A stretch of 64,000 nt of DNA from Patescibacteria group bacterium (GCA_016861205.1 BOKX01000001.1:698801-762800), one strand, 5' to 3'; counted from the stretch's first letter, positions 18,651 to 26,858 are shown. A program made the numbers and translations. Notes: a model not told the origin generated them from the sequence alone.

Positions 18651-19664
18651 GTGACCTGGCAGAAACCAGTCATGCAGTATTTTCAAGGTCAATACCTTGA
18701 CCAACTAACACAGGAATGTGTTCAGTGGTATGTCCTCAATGGGCATCCACACCTCACAATTAAAAACCTCAAGAACTTTTTGGGGCGTTTTCTTATTTGG
18801 CTGAACGGCCGCGAACTCACAGTAAAAGAATGTCGAGAGTATGTTAAATACATGCAACTGAGAATCAAGCAATCATCAGCTGCTAGCGACACGGGTAGAT
18901 TACAAATGTTTCTGAAATGGTTGCACTACGAGAAGGACCTAACAGAACACGATTGGTCAAAAGATGTAAGAAGACCTAAACAAAAGGGTTCCCAAAAGCC
19001 ACCAGAAATGCTTTTAGCTCCAGAGAAATTGATTGAGTATATTAACCAAGTTACAGAGCCAGGTGAACATGACCATGCGTTGCACCGAGTGGCAAAAAAG
19101 GAGCATCGTGAATTCCTGCATTTTTACTGCCGAATGGGTTTGCGTCCAAATGAAGCTATCAAGATTAAACCTGAGCATGTGAATTTAGATGGTAACCCGC
19201 CCAGCGTGATGATTCTAAGAAAAGGTGGAAAATGGCGAAGTATAGGTTTACCTCTGGATTACCTTGAACCCATCCGAGAAAGAGTGAATAAAGGCCAATG
19301 GTTTAAGGTTTCACAAACTACACTTCAAAGGTACATGCGACAAATATCCAAACTAGCAGGCAGAGAAGTAAAATTGTACTCAATTAGAAAAAGTGTTGAC
19401 ACCTTTATGCTGGATGCTGGGGCACCAATTATGTTGGCTGCTGAGCATCAGGGACATACAGTTGCCATCATGCAAAAGGACTATGTCAAGTTTTCAGCAA
19501 AACAATCTAGCGAGGTCAACAATACCTACAACCCCTATATTGAACGTGGCAAGTTGCCAATTGAATACATGCTGCCTCACATCGACCAATTTGCCGAGAA
19601 GGTAAAAAAGCACCCAAAGTTTAAGGTGGAAAGAAACGAAAACAGCCTAGTTATACGATGGTAA
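18651..19664 (+). CDS. int: Tyrosine recombinase/integrase
   Basis: GLRPNEA (R), RKGGK (K), YSIRKS (H/YxxR), QGH, KDY (Y); alternative start ATG 18672. Confidence 0.9.
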   Translation: MTWQKPVMQYFQGQYLDQLTQECVQWYVLNGHPHLTIKNLKNFLGRFLIWLNGRELTVKECREYVKYMQLRIKQSSAASDTGRLQMFLKWLHYEKDLTEHDWSKDVRRPKQKGSQKPPEMLLAPEKLIEYINQVTEPGEHDHALHRVAKKEHREFLHFYCRMGLRPNEAIKIKPEHVNLDGNPPSVMILRKGGKWRSIGLPLDYLEPIRERVNKGQWFKVSQTTLQRYMRQISKLAGREVKLYSIRKSVDTFMLDAGAPIMLAAEHQGHTVAIMQKDYVKFSAKQSSEVNNTYNPYIERGKLPIEYMLPHIDQFAEKVKKHPKFKVERNENSLVIRW

Positions 19665-20317
19665 GTACTATAATCAACGTAGCTATGTATCCTATTCACA
19701 TTTTTGATAAAGGTGGAAAGTCAATTTTCCGTAAGTACAACGAAGACACACTAAGAACAATTTATAGTGCTTCGAAGCTGGGAGCTAATTATGAAGTTTT
19801 CGTCTTGGTTGAAGGACTTATTTTCATGGCTATATTGAGCTACTACACACTGAGAGGTGAGGTTCAAGAGTACTTTGATTTCCTCTTTCAAGAACCAATG
19901 CCTGGGTTAGGCGCAGGTATCAACAAACTCAAGAAGTTACAAATTCTCGAAGACTTGCTAGAGGAAATTGAAGCATATAAAAAAGCAAGAAACGCATTTG
20001 CTCATGACCCTTTTCGGTTAAAGGCTATGGTGTTTACTGACTATCACGTCTCAGAAGAGTGTGAACGGCTTTTTGAGCAAGGAATGTTATTGCTTAATAA
20101 GCTTAGTCCTTTGGTACAGCCAGGATTTCCGACAATGGACGAGTATAAGAGGCGGTTTAAAGGAACTATTCCAGGGAACAACTTCGAAATTAAACCAACT
20201 CAAGCACTTCAGCAAGTCTTGGAAAAGCGACGTCGCGCATACTTAGAGATACCCAATGCGAAAAACAAGAGAAACCTTGAAATAATTGTCTCCGCGTTGG
20301 AGAAAGAGACCAGTTAA
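19658..20317 (+). CDS. Predicted HEPN-domain protein (putative RNase)
   Basis: Helical protein with RNAFAH (Rx4H) at 19988-20005 after a LGxxIxxL helix and upstream E-bearing helix; internal TATAAT suggests start at 19685. Confidence 0.65.
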   Translation: MVSTIINVAMYPIHIFDKGGKSIFRKYNEDTLRTIYSASKLGANYEVFVLVEGLIFMAILSYYTLRGEVQEYFDFLFQEPMPGLGAGINKLKKLQILEDLLEEIEAYKKARNAFAHDPFRLKAMVFTDYHVSEECERLFEQGMLLLNKLSPLVQPGFPTMDEYKRRFKGTIPGNNFEIKPTQALQQVLEKRRRAYLEIPNAKNKRNLEIIVSALEKETS

Positions 20318-20556
20318 AAAATATCCTGCTCTTAGCTCAACGCTATCACCAATGCTAAACAAAGGTTTAAGTTTAGTGAGAATTGTGGATGATTCATATA
20401 AACTCCAGTTCTTGTGACTAGAAATGCCACTTCGATGGAAACTACTTCAAAAATGTGCCTCAATTTCGTCAAGAAACCTTGACATCGCCTAAGCTGCTGC
20501 GGAATCGAACCGTTATTGTTGAGTGCTGAGCCAAAAGCAGGATGTTAAAGGGCGCT
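20316..20556 (-). ncRNA. Candidate ~240-nt structured RNA with tRNA T-loop motif
   Basis: TGCTATAAT at 20571-20563; 21-bp end-to-end helix (20545-20525 with 20341-20321); GGTTCGATTCC at 20511-20501; 3' U-run. Confidence 0.6.
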
Positions 20557-20985
20557 GAAGGGATTATAGCAGGAACTAAACGCCGCTCTTCAGTCGTGCT
20601 CCTCCAACCCCAATCAGGTACTCAAGAAATTTGAAATGGCCTCCCCAAACCTTACCAAATTGGTCAGTTCTAACATCACTTGATGGCGTTGTCTGTCGCC
20701 TGTGAAGAAATGATTACATCCGCATGGTCACGAGCCTTTTTGCTCTCGTGGTCTAAGCACCAGCAGGGTTGTTGGTTATCACCAAGTGCCTACGTGGTCA
20801 GCGTTTACGACCTATCATCTAAACGTTTGAACGCCTTGTTATCCTCATGAAGCCTAATCAGGGCACTTTCCCGAGTGCTGTCGGGAACGCATCATCCGTT
20901 TTAGGTCGGGCACTTTTCTGTGAAGCGACGATTCGCCCGATTTAACCTCCCAGTCGCGTAACTGCAACGTGGGATTTCTAGCCAC

Positions 20986-21034
20986 AAAAAAACCGCCAAC
21001 AAAAAAGCAAATAATTGCTTATTTATTAGCGGTT
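20986..21034 (-). terminator. Intrinsic terminator (AACCGC...GCGGTT + U-run)
   Basis: ~20-bp stem with G-U pairs on the minus strand followed by T7. Confidence 0.75.
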
Positions 21035-21073
21035 CAGTGCGATTTTTTCGCTAGAAAACCTATGTTAAACCCG

Positions 21074-21103
21074 AGGGTATCTAACTAATCACAGCTTTGT
21101 CAA
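21074..21103 (-). promoter_or_regulatory. Sigma70-type promoter TTGACA-18-TACCCT
   Basis: Perfect -35 at 21103-21098 pointing into the ORF-free region. Confidence 0.5.
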
Positions 21104-21138
21104 GCGATATCTAGACCGAGAAAGTATGGTACCTACCA

Positions 21139-21585
21139 TCAGGTAGAGGTACCTGAAACTGTAGCGGGGGGGGTGGGTTGTGTTAGTGCCAACCTTTCTG
21201 CCATTTGAGTATGGTGAAGGTATCGCTTGAACCGACGTGTGGCCTGCCCTTTGTGAAATAGTTTGACCTGTTTAGAACCGTTAAAAACGGCTTCAGCTTT
21301 GTCGATGTGGTCTAGCAGACTCCAGAGTTGGCGGGAACTGCCACTCAACCCCTGTGACTGGTAAGTTAGGTGTAAGCAAGTTCGACATTTAGGTGGTTTG
21401 CTGCCATCCACTTGGTACAATGCAGTTACTCTTTTCCCACATGAGCACAAAAACCAGAAACGCCGACCGCCAAAGTATGGGAAAGTCGTATCGAACTTAA
21501 CACCATACCTGTACTTAGCTACAGTTGGTTCAGGGAATTCACTGATTTTAATTTTGGGAGTGGTTTCAACGACGCTTTTCTTCAT
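21139..21585 (-). CDS. Basic zinc-ribbon protein typical of small mobile elements
   Basis: GGRRFWFLCSCGKRV..LY...CRTCLHLTYQSQ. Confidence 0.75.
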   Translation of the reverse strand: MKKSVVETTPKIKISEFPEPTVAKYRYGVKFDTTFPYFGGRRFWFLCSCGKRVTALYQVDGSKPPKCRTCLHLTYQSQGLSGSSRQLWSLLDHIDKAEAVFNGSKQVKLFHKGQATRRFKRYLHHTQMAERLALTQPTPPATVSGTST

Positions 21586-21647
21586 GGTATTGAGTATTGG
21601 TATCGAAATAACTAGCGATAAGCCAACAATATCGGTACCGTATCACA

Positions 21648-21962
21648 CTAAAGTGACCAGTCACGTTTCACTGTCTCGGCGCACTTTTGATAAAACTCAG
21701 TGGAGTTAAATGTGCCATATGTATCAGTAAGCGATTGCTGAACCTCTTGCTTCACTTCTTCACTTGCATTTTGTGTGGCTTTCTCGGCTCCTGACTTAAT
21801 TTCAGCCATGGCAACCAATCTACGCTGCGAACACTCAGCCATAACACTCAAGTAAATTTGTCGTTCCGAGAGAGTTGGAATGTCCACAAAAACCAAACGA
21901 AATAATAACCCTGTAGCAAAGAGTAAGGTCAAAGTAGTTATTATTCGTAAAAATCTTGGCAA
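21648..21962 (-). CDS. Hypothetical membrane-anchored protein (possibly C-terminal part of a gene starting at 22106)
   Basis: One TM plus helical tail; in frame with the upstream small ORF across one TGA. Confidence 0.55.
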   Translation of the reverse strand: MPRFLRIITTLTLLFATGLLFRLVFVDIPTLSERQIYLSVMAECSQRRLVAMAEIKSGAEKATQNASEEVKQEVQQSLTDTYGTFNSTEFYQKCAETVKRDWSL

Positions 21963-22001
21963 ACAAGTTCTCCGCTTATCGGTCTTAATTTCTATGGTGA
22001 T

Positions 22002-22106
22002 TCACTTCTTCAGTTTCTTAATCCACCCTTCAATAACACCATAAAGAAATGCACCTACGCACAATACGATAGTCGCTACTAACGCCGTTAACAGTGTAGA
22101 AATCAT
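22002..22106 (-). CDS. 34-aa hydrophobic peptide
   Basis: MISTLLTALVATIVLCVGAFLYGVIEGWIKKLKK*, SD AAAGGA. Confidence 0.6.
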   Translation of the reverse strand: MISTLLTALVATIVLCVGAFLYGVIEGWIKKLKK

Positions 22107-22212
22107 GCTGTTTCCTTTGCTATTTATCGACATCATTATATCTGGACAATTTAATAAATGCTAGTCATCAACTGTAGAGCTATTGACTGCAAAACTTTAG
22201 CCTTGTATTTGC

Positions 22213-22443
22213 ATGAGGCAATACAATCCCCCTGACCAAATATTAAGGAGAAAATTCGGAATACGTGTCCGCGAGCTAAGAAAAAAACTTGGGTTATCAC
22301 AGGAGGAGCTTGGCTTTAAGGCAAATATTCACCGCACATACGTTGGTGCTGTGGAGCGAGGCGAACAGAACGTGTCATTAGACAATATTGGTCGCTTAGC
22401 AAAATACCTCAAGGTGACACTTTCGGAGTTGTTTAATCTTTAG
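22213..22443 (+). CDS. XRE-family HTH regulator, R-M controller (C-protein)-like
   Basis: RELRKKLGLSQEEL...IHRTYVGAVERGEQNVSL. Confidence 0.9.
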   Translation: MRQYNPPDQILRRKFGIRVRELRKKLGLSQEELGFKANIHRTYVGAVERGEQNVSLDNIGRLAKYLKVTLSELFNL

Positions 22444-22507
22444 ATGTCTTTTCACCTATCATAAACTGTCCGACACAGTCACATGATGGCGTATTATAAT
22501 CGGCCGT

Positions 22508-23704
22508 ATGGCTAAACTTTTATCTGAGCCAACATTCATTCCAAAATTCCTTGACGGGGCAATTCTCAGTTCCGGCGTTGGATTTTCTCATTTCTTGATT
22601 GATGCACACTATTTGTTCTTTCGCAGTGAACTCTTTCAACAAACTCGGGAGCAATTTCCCAGTGTTATTATTGACCCAGTCACACATGGGCTTCAGTTCC
22701 AGAACACATACGAAAAACCAACATTTCAACAACTCCCGTATTCATCGGTCACTGACATTCAAAGAGTAATATCTGACCCCACCTACCGGCTTAATTCCTT
22801 AGTTGTACCTGTTATTGATTTTCAGGTGACAAACCAAGCCGCTTTCATTATTGCCCCATATCTCTGCACTGATGATGTAAACAGTACCATCTTCAGTAAC
22901 AATTTAACTATGCTCGGTGAAACGTTGTATATCCTTAATGGGAGAGACTCACAACCACCATTACTGGCTCCAATTTGCATTGGTGGAAACGTCTTACGTG
23001 ACAGGCGGCTAACCGATTATATTATTGACTGCTATAAAGCAGAACCTTTCCATTCTGCGGTTCAGGGTTACTTTATTATTATGGTCACCGATTTTGACGA
23101 CCGACTCGCAGACGAAGACCAACTGCTAGGCTTAGCTGATATAACCTACCAACTTTCTCAAGACAAAGATGTAATAATCAATCATCTGGGTGGTTTCGGT
23201 GAAGTATTAAATGCAATTGGGGCCTCCGCATTTGTTAGCTCTCCCGGAGGTGGTGAAACTTTCTCACTAAAACAGCTTCAACAAGATTCAAAAAACATTC
23301 GTGGTCGGAACCACAGCCTCTGGAGATATGTCCCGGAACTGTTCGACTATATCAGTGAAGATTTACTTGGCCCCGAGGAAATTAATTATAGATGTGATTG
23401 TGCTGGGTGCGCTAATGCTGGCACATTTCCCTCTGTTTATGCAGCGAGAAAAATTCATTTCCTAATCAAAAGAATGGCAGCCATCCAACTTACCACGGGC
23501 ATGTCTCGTGATGAAAAAATTCAGAATTTAATTCAGAGACTTTCAGCTGCAGAGTCTCTTGCCAGGGGTTATGTGGTAAATCTCGGTGCAGATATCAAAG
23601 TAGCTCATTTGACAAAATGGCGCAGGATTCTAGAAATCTCTAGAGGGTGGAATTACCAACAAGACGATGATGAGCTTGAAAGATTACTGCAAGAACTTGG
23701 TTGA
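22508..23704 (+). CDS. Uncharacterised predicted TIM-barrel protein with TGT-like zinc motif
   Basis: IIDPVTH, IIAPY, alternating beta/alpha pattern, C-terminal CDCAGC-x15-H. Confidence 0.55.
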   Translation: MAKLLSEPTFIPKFLDGAILSSGVGFSHFLIDAHYLFFRSELFQQTREQFPSVIIDPVTHGLQFQNTYEKPTFQQLPYSSVTDIQRVISDPTYRLNSLVVPVIDFQVTNQAAFIIAPYLCTDDVNSTIFSNNLTMLGETLYILNGRDSQPPLLAPICIGGNVLRDRRLTDYIIDCYKAEPFHSAVQGYFIIMVTDFDDRLADEDQLLGLADITYQLSQDKDVIINHLGGFGEVLNAIGASAFVSSPGGGETFSLKQLQQDSKNIRGRNHSLWRYVPELFDYISEDLLGPEEINYRCDCAGCANAGTFPSVYAARKIHFLIKRMAAIQLTTGMSRDEKIQNLIQRLSAAESLARGYVVNLGADIKVAHLTKWRRILEISRGWNYQQDDDELERLLQELG

Positions 23705-23709
23705 TTATT

Positions 23710-24171
23710 ATGATTCAAATCATACCTGATACTAACATTCTCGTGTCTGGCATGATGGGTTATAAGACTCCGGCAAGGCAAATCCTCAACCTTTCTCTAG
23801 CTAAAAAAATCCAGCTACTCGGATGTAGTCACACACTAGCAGAATTTACAGCTAAAGTTAATTTGCCTAGAATGAAAAAGTACTGGCAAAAAAAGTATTT
23901 CTCGCCGGATAAAATTATTCAGGACTACCAAACAATGGTTATTATGCATGAGCCAACCCCGCTCTACTTAGACACTGTCATACCAATTAGGGACCCAAAA
24001 GATGCAATTTTTTTTCAACTAGCCTTAAGTAGCAGATGCAAAATCATTATTTCTAATGACCAGGATGCTTTAGTGTTAAGTGGACATCAGGGAATAAAGG
24101 TTGTCACACCGGAAGTTTTCATCGAAGCATACTATAGAGTGAACCCCGTTCAATTGGAAAGTGCATCATAA
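23710..24171 (+). CDS. PIN-domain protein (putative toxin component family)
   Basis: DTNILVS, E, RDPKD, IISNDQD, IKVVTP..F. Confidence 0.88.
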   Translation: MIQIIPDTNILVSGMMGYKTPARQILNLSLAKKIQLLGCSHTLAEFTAKVNLPRMKKYWQKKYFSPDKIIQDYQTMVIMHEPTPLYLDTVIPIRDPKDAIFFQLALSSRCKIIISNDQDALVLSGHQGIKVVTPEVFIEAYYRVNPVQLESAS

Positions 24172-24821
24172 AGAAACAACTCTGAAACAAAATTGCGCTT
24201 GTCTTGCTTTGCTTTATCTTGAGACTTCGGGCAGATGATTTCCTCTACGTTTTTGCCATCCTCAGACAGGATAAATAATCCCACATTTTGTCTAGCCAAG
24301 ATTTCATCATCAACCAAATGACGGTACTGAGCCAAAATAGCCAAATATGTTTTATCAGCAAAATATTTGTACCTGTTTGCTTGAATGAATCCACGTCTCC
24401 AATCTCTTAATTTTGCTTCAATGGCTATCATTTCGCTCACAAGTGGAACCCAACCGTTAACTTTATAGTAATAATTATCATCAATTTTCTTGACGTATCC
24501 GTTGTCTTCTAACTCCCTCAACAAATGATATTTTAGGTAACTTTTACTTACGGGAACAGATTGAACCAACTCATCAATACCTCTTGGCGGCAGTTTCTTT
24601 CTGTCATCGATGTCCGGTAATTGTCGCAGTACCTGGAAAAAGTTTTCCTTAAGGAGAGGTGTCACTTGCTTGCGTTTCTTTCGTATGGCACATTTCTTCG
24701 GATTCAACTTAACCAAAACAAGGTCAGCCCTACCGTAACCGGCACTAACCTCTTGCCTTACCAAAAATCCTTGGTTTGAAAAATGCCTCGCAAGGTAACG
24801 AACCATTGTGAGTTCATCCAT
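24150..24821 (-). CDS. PD-(D/E)xK nuclease-fold protein with inserted winged helix (MmcB/sce7726-like)
   Basis: E...EV..GYGRADLV...AIEAKLRDW..G..QA.RY..FAD..Y...VGL. Confidence 0.75.
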   Translation of the reverse strand: MDELTMVRYLARHFSNQGFLVRQEVSAGYGRADLVLVKLNPKKCAIRKKRKQVTPLLKENFFQVLRQLPDIDDRKKLPPRGIDELVQSVPVSKSYLKYHLLRELEDNGYVKKIDDNYYYKVNGWVPLVSEMIAIEAKLRDWRRGFIQANRYKYFADKTYLAILAQYRHLVDDEILARQNVGLFILSEDGKNVEEIICPKSQDKAKQDKRNFVSELFLYDALSN

Positions 24822-24964
24822 AGTCTTAGTATACCTAATTTTTCTGACAGCCAGCAAGTGTAATAGTTTAGCGGTGACAAGGATGATATAGTATTAGGTA
24901 GAAAGAAAAAACAGTCACCAGGCTAAGGCGTTAGTCGCAGACACTAATTGATACTGTTTGACCT

Positions 24965-25005
24965 ACATTCGAGAGGTCCCAGGTTCGAGTCCTGGTGCGA
25001 CCACC
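24965..25005 (+). pseudogene. 3' part of the disrupted host tRNA-Val / attR
   Basis: ACATTCGAGAGGTC-CCAGG-TTCGAGT-CCTGG-TGCGACC-ACC, complementary to the 5' part at 18342. Confidence 0.9.
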
Positions 25006-25055
25006 CACCCCACTTTTGCAAGCCACACGCAAGCTTTCTCCTCTATAACAAAACC

Positions 25056-25694
25056 ATGTTGCTCTGGCAGTGGTTTGATCGCCTGCTCTTGCCTCACATC
25101 TGCGTCGGTTGTGGCAAAACTGGCCAGTATCTCTGTGTCCACTGTTTGGATCGCGTCAGTTTCTTGGCTGAGCCGATTCCACCGCCGGCTGAGTTACCAA
25201 GGTGTCCCCAACTGTTAGCAGCTACTGTTTTTGAGCCCCCAATTTCCAATCTGATTCATGCATACAAGTACCAGGGAATAACGGGACTGGCTGCCACGGC
25301 CGCTGATTTGATGTGGCAGGCCATACCCTTTCCGCCAGCTGACGTACTCACCACGGTGCCTACGCATCCAAGTAAAGTTCGTCACCGCGGTTTTAATCAC
25401 ACTGAACTCTTCGCTCAGCATTTAGCTCAACGACTTTCCCTACCGTATCAACCACTCTTGGTGAAAACCAAACCGAGCCAAGCTCAAGCGAGTTTGACGG
25501 ATCGTCAGGCTCGGCTGAATCCCAATCACTTTCACTTCGCAACCCACATTCCGCCACCAGACATAGCAGGTCGCCGCATCTTACTCGTCGACGACGTGAT
25601 CACGACCGGCAGTACAGTCGCTGCCGCCGCCGAAGTGCTTAAACAACTAGGTGCCCTAAAAGTAACTGCCGTTGCTTTAGCACACGGTCAGTAA
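25056..25694 (+). CDS. comF: ComF family protein
   Basis: CVGC..LCVHC, RGFNH, LLVDDVITTGST. Confidence 0.92.
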   Translation: MLLWQWFDRLLLPHICVGCGKTGQYLCVHCLDRVSFLAEPIPPPAELPRCPQLLAATVFEPPISNLIHAYKYQGITGLAATAADLMWQAIPFPPADVLTTVPTHPSKVRHRGFNHTELFAQHLAQRLSLPYQPLLVKTKPSQAQASLTDRQARLNPNHFHFATHIPPPDIAGRRILLVDDVITTGSTVAAAAEVLKQLGALKVTAVALAHGQ

Positions 25695-25740
25695 TGGAAC
25701 CAGAATTGACTATCGTCACCAGACATGGCAAAACTAAAGA

Positions 25741-26370
25741 GTGCTAACCACCCGGACGCAGCGTCACCAGCAAATCGTTCTGAGCATTGTTACCTTCAGC
25801 TTGCTGGGTTTGGGCTTGGTTACCGTTTCCCTAGGGTTGTGGTCACATGGAGCAGGTGAAATCCGGTCACAAGCAGCCGAAACCAAGCCAAGTAATTTAA
25901 GCACTACAACTCCTGACCTCCTACCTACCACCGAGCCACCAGTTCCCAGCGGCTTGGTCACCCAGTCAGTAGTACGTTATGTTAACCGCCAGGGCAGCCG
26001 CCGACTCTGGATTAACAGGGGGACCACTCCCAAGGAACTACTCGGCTGGACGCCCGAAGGCGAAGTTTTTCGCACCGCTCTTGAAGCGCACAGCGATGAT
26101 CGGCTGCGACCAACTCTAGAACTCACCAACGGCTACCATTTTGTATACCTGCTGGCAGACGGAACCCAAGCACCAACGCTTCCAGGCTACCAACCAACCG
26201 GTCAACAGTTTTATGCTTATCCACAACGAATCCCTGGTACAAAACCAGTCTTCGAACTCATGCAACTCCAGACAGGACAACGGTTATTTACTACCGAAAC
26301 GAGTGAAAGAGACCAAGCCATCCAAGCTGGCTACCAATTGGTCAAAGTAGCGTTTTATGTGGCCGATTAG
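25741..26370 (+). CDS. Membrane-anchored exported protein with DUF5648-like repeats
   Basis: N-terminal TM; PVFEL...RLFTT...ERD....GY.....AFYV. Confidence 0.6.
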   Translation: MLTTRTQRHQQIVLSIVTFSLLGLGLVTVSLGLWSHGAGEIRSQAAETKPSNLSTTTPDLLPTTEPPVPSGLVTQSVVRYVNRQGSRRLWINRGTTPKELLGWTPEGEVFRTALEAHSDDRLRPTLELTNGYHFVYLLADGTQAPTLPGYQPTGQQFYAYPQRIPGTKPVFELMQLQTGQRLFTTETSERDQAIQAGYQLVKVAFYVAD

Positions 26371-26384
26371 CCACACCAAAATAA

Positions 26385-26787
26385 GGTGGAGATGAGGAGG
26401 AATGACCTCCTGTCCGCAACCGCGACTCCAGCATCATCTACAGACATAGTTACTTCTTGGTGTAGTTAGGTCGGTAAAGCAACCAGCCGTTTCCTAACCC
26501 CGTCGATGAATTGTCTTGGGTTACTTGGCATCAACAGACCAAGCAACTGTCACAGTGACTGTGTTGAACACCCATTCCCGACCGCCACTGAGAATCGAAG
26601 AATGAATGCTTGTTTACGCTAAAGCGTAAGCCAAGTCTTGGTTGTCACCAGCCACAAAAGCGACTAGTTTGTTCCAAGCTTTACTGAGCGTATTGCCAGT
26701 TAGTTTTTTGACCCTGTTTTACCTCGCGTGAGTCAACGAGCGTCTGCAGATGTTAAAGTGCGTATCACGTCAAAGCAATACATCCCC
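26385..26787 (-). ncRNA. ssrA: tmRNA
   Basis: GGGGATG/CATCTCC acceptor with G3-U70, TTTGAC, tag ORF ending LAYALA*, upstream TATAAT. Confidence 0.92.
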
Positions 26788-26858
26788 TATAGCCTATATT
26801 ATAGCTCATCGGGGCAAGTTTTTAAAGGTTTTTAGCCTGGAGAACTAAGATACCATCC

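Larger units (their letters stand above)
18378..24975. mobile_element. ~6.6-kb integrative element (tyrosine integrase) inserted in tRNA-Val(CAC)
   Basis: Direct repeat ACATTCGAGAG at 18378-18388 and 24965-24975, split tRNA halves, integrase next to the left end, visibly AT-richer DNA. Confidence 0.92.

Noticed and set aside
17267-19664. dusA-associated integrase island
   Set aside because: dus is intact and the repeats lie in the downstream tRNA-Val, not in dus
22002-22004. Genetic code 25 (TGA=Gly) in the element or host
   Set aside because: TGA ends other element and host genes at sensible positions (e.g. 23704, 24150, sufB, sufC) and conserved genes have no internal TGA
18389-24964. The insert as a giant tRNA intron
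   Set aside because: A direct repeat at both ends and an adjacent tyrosine integrase explain it; no convincing group I/II core elements were seen
18378-24975. Prophage
   Set aside because: No capsid, terminase, tail, lysis or recognisable replication genes; better described as a small integrative or satellite-like island
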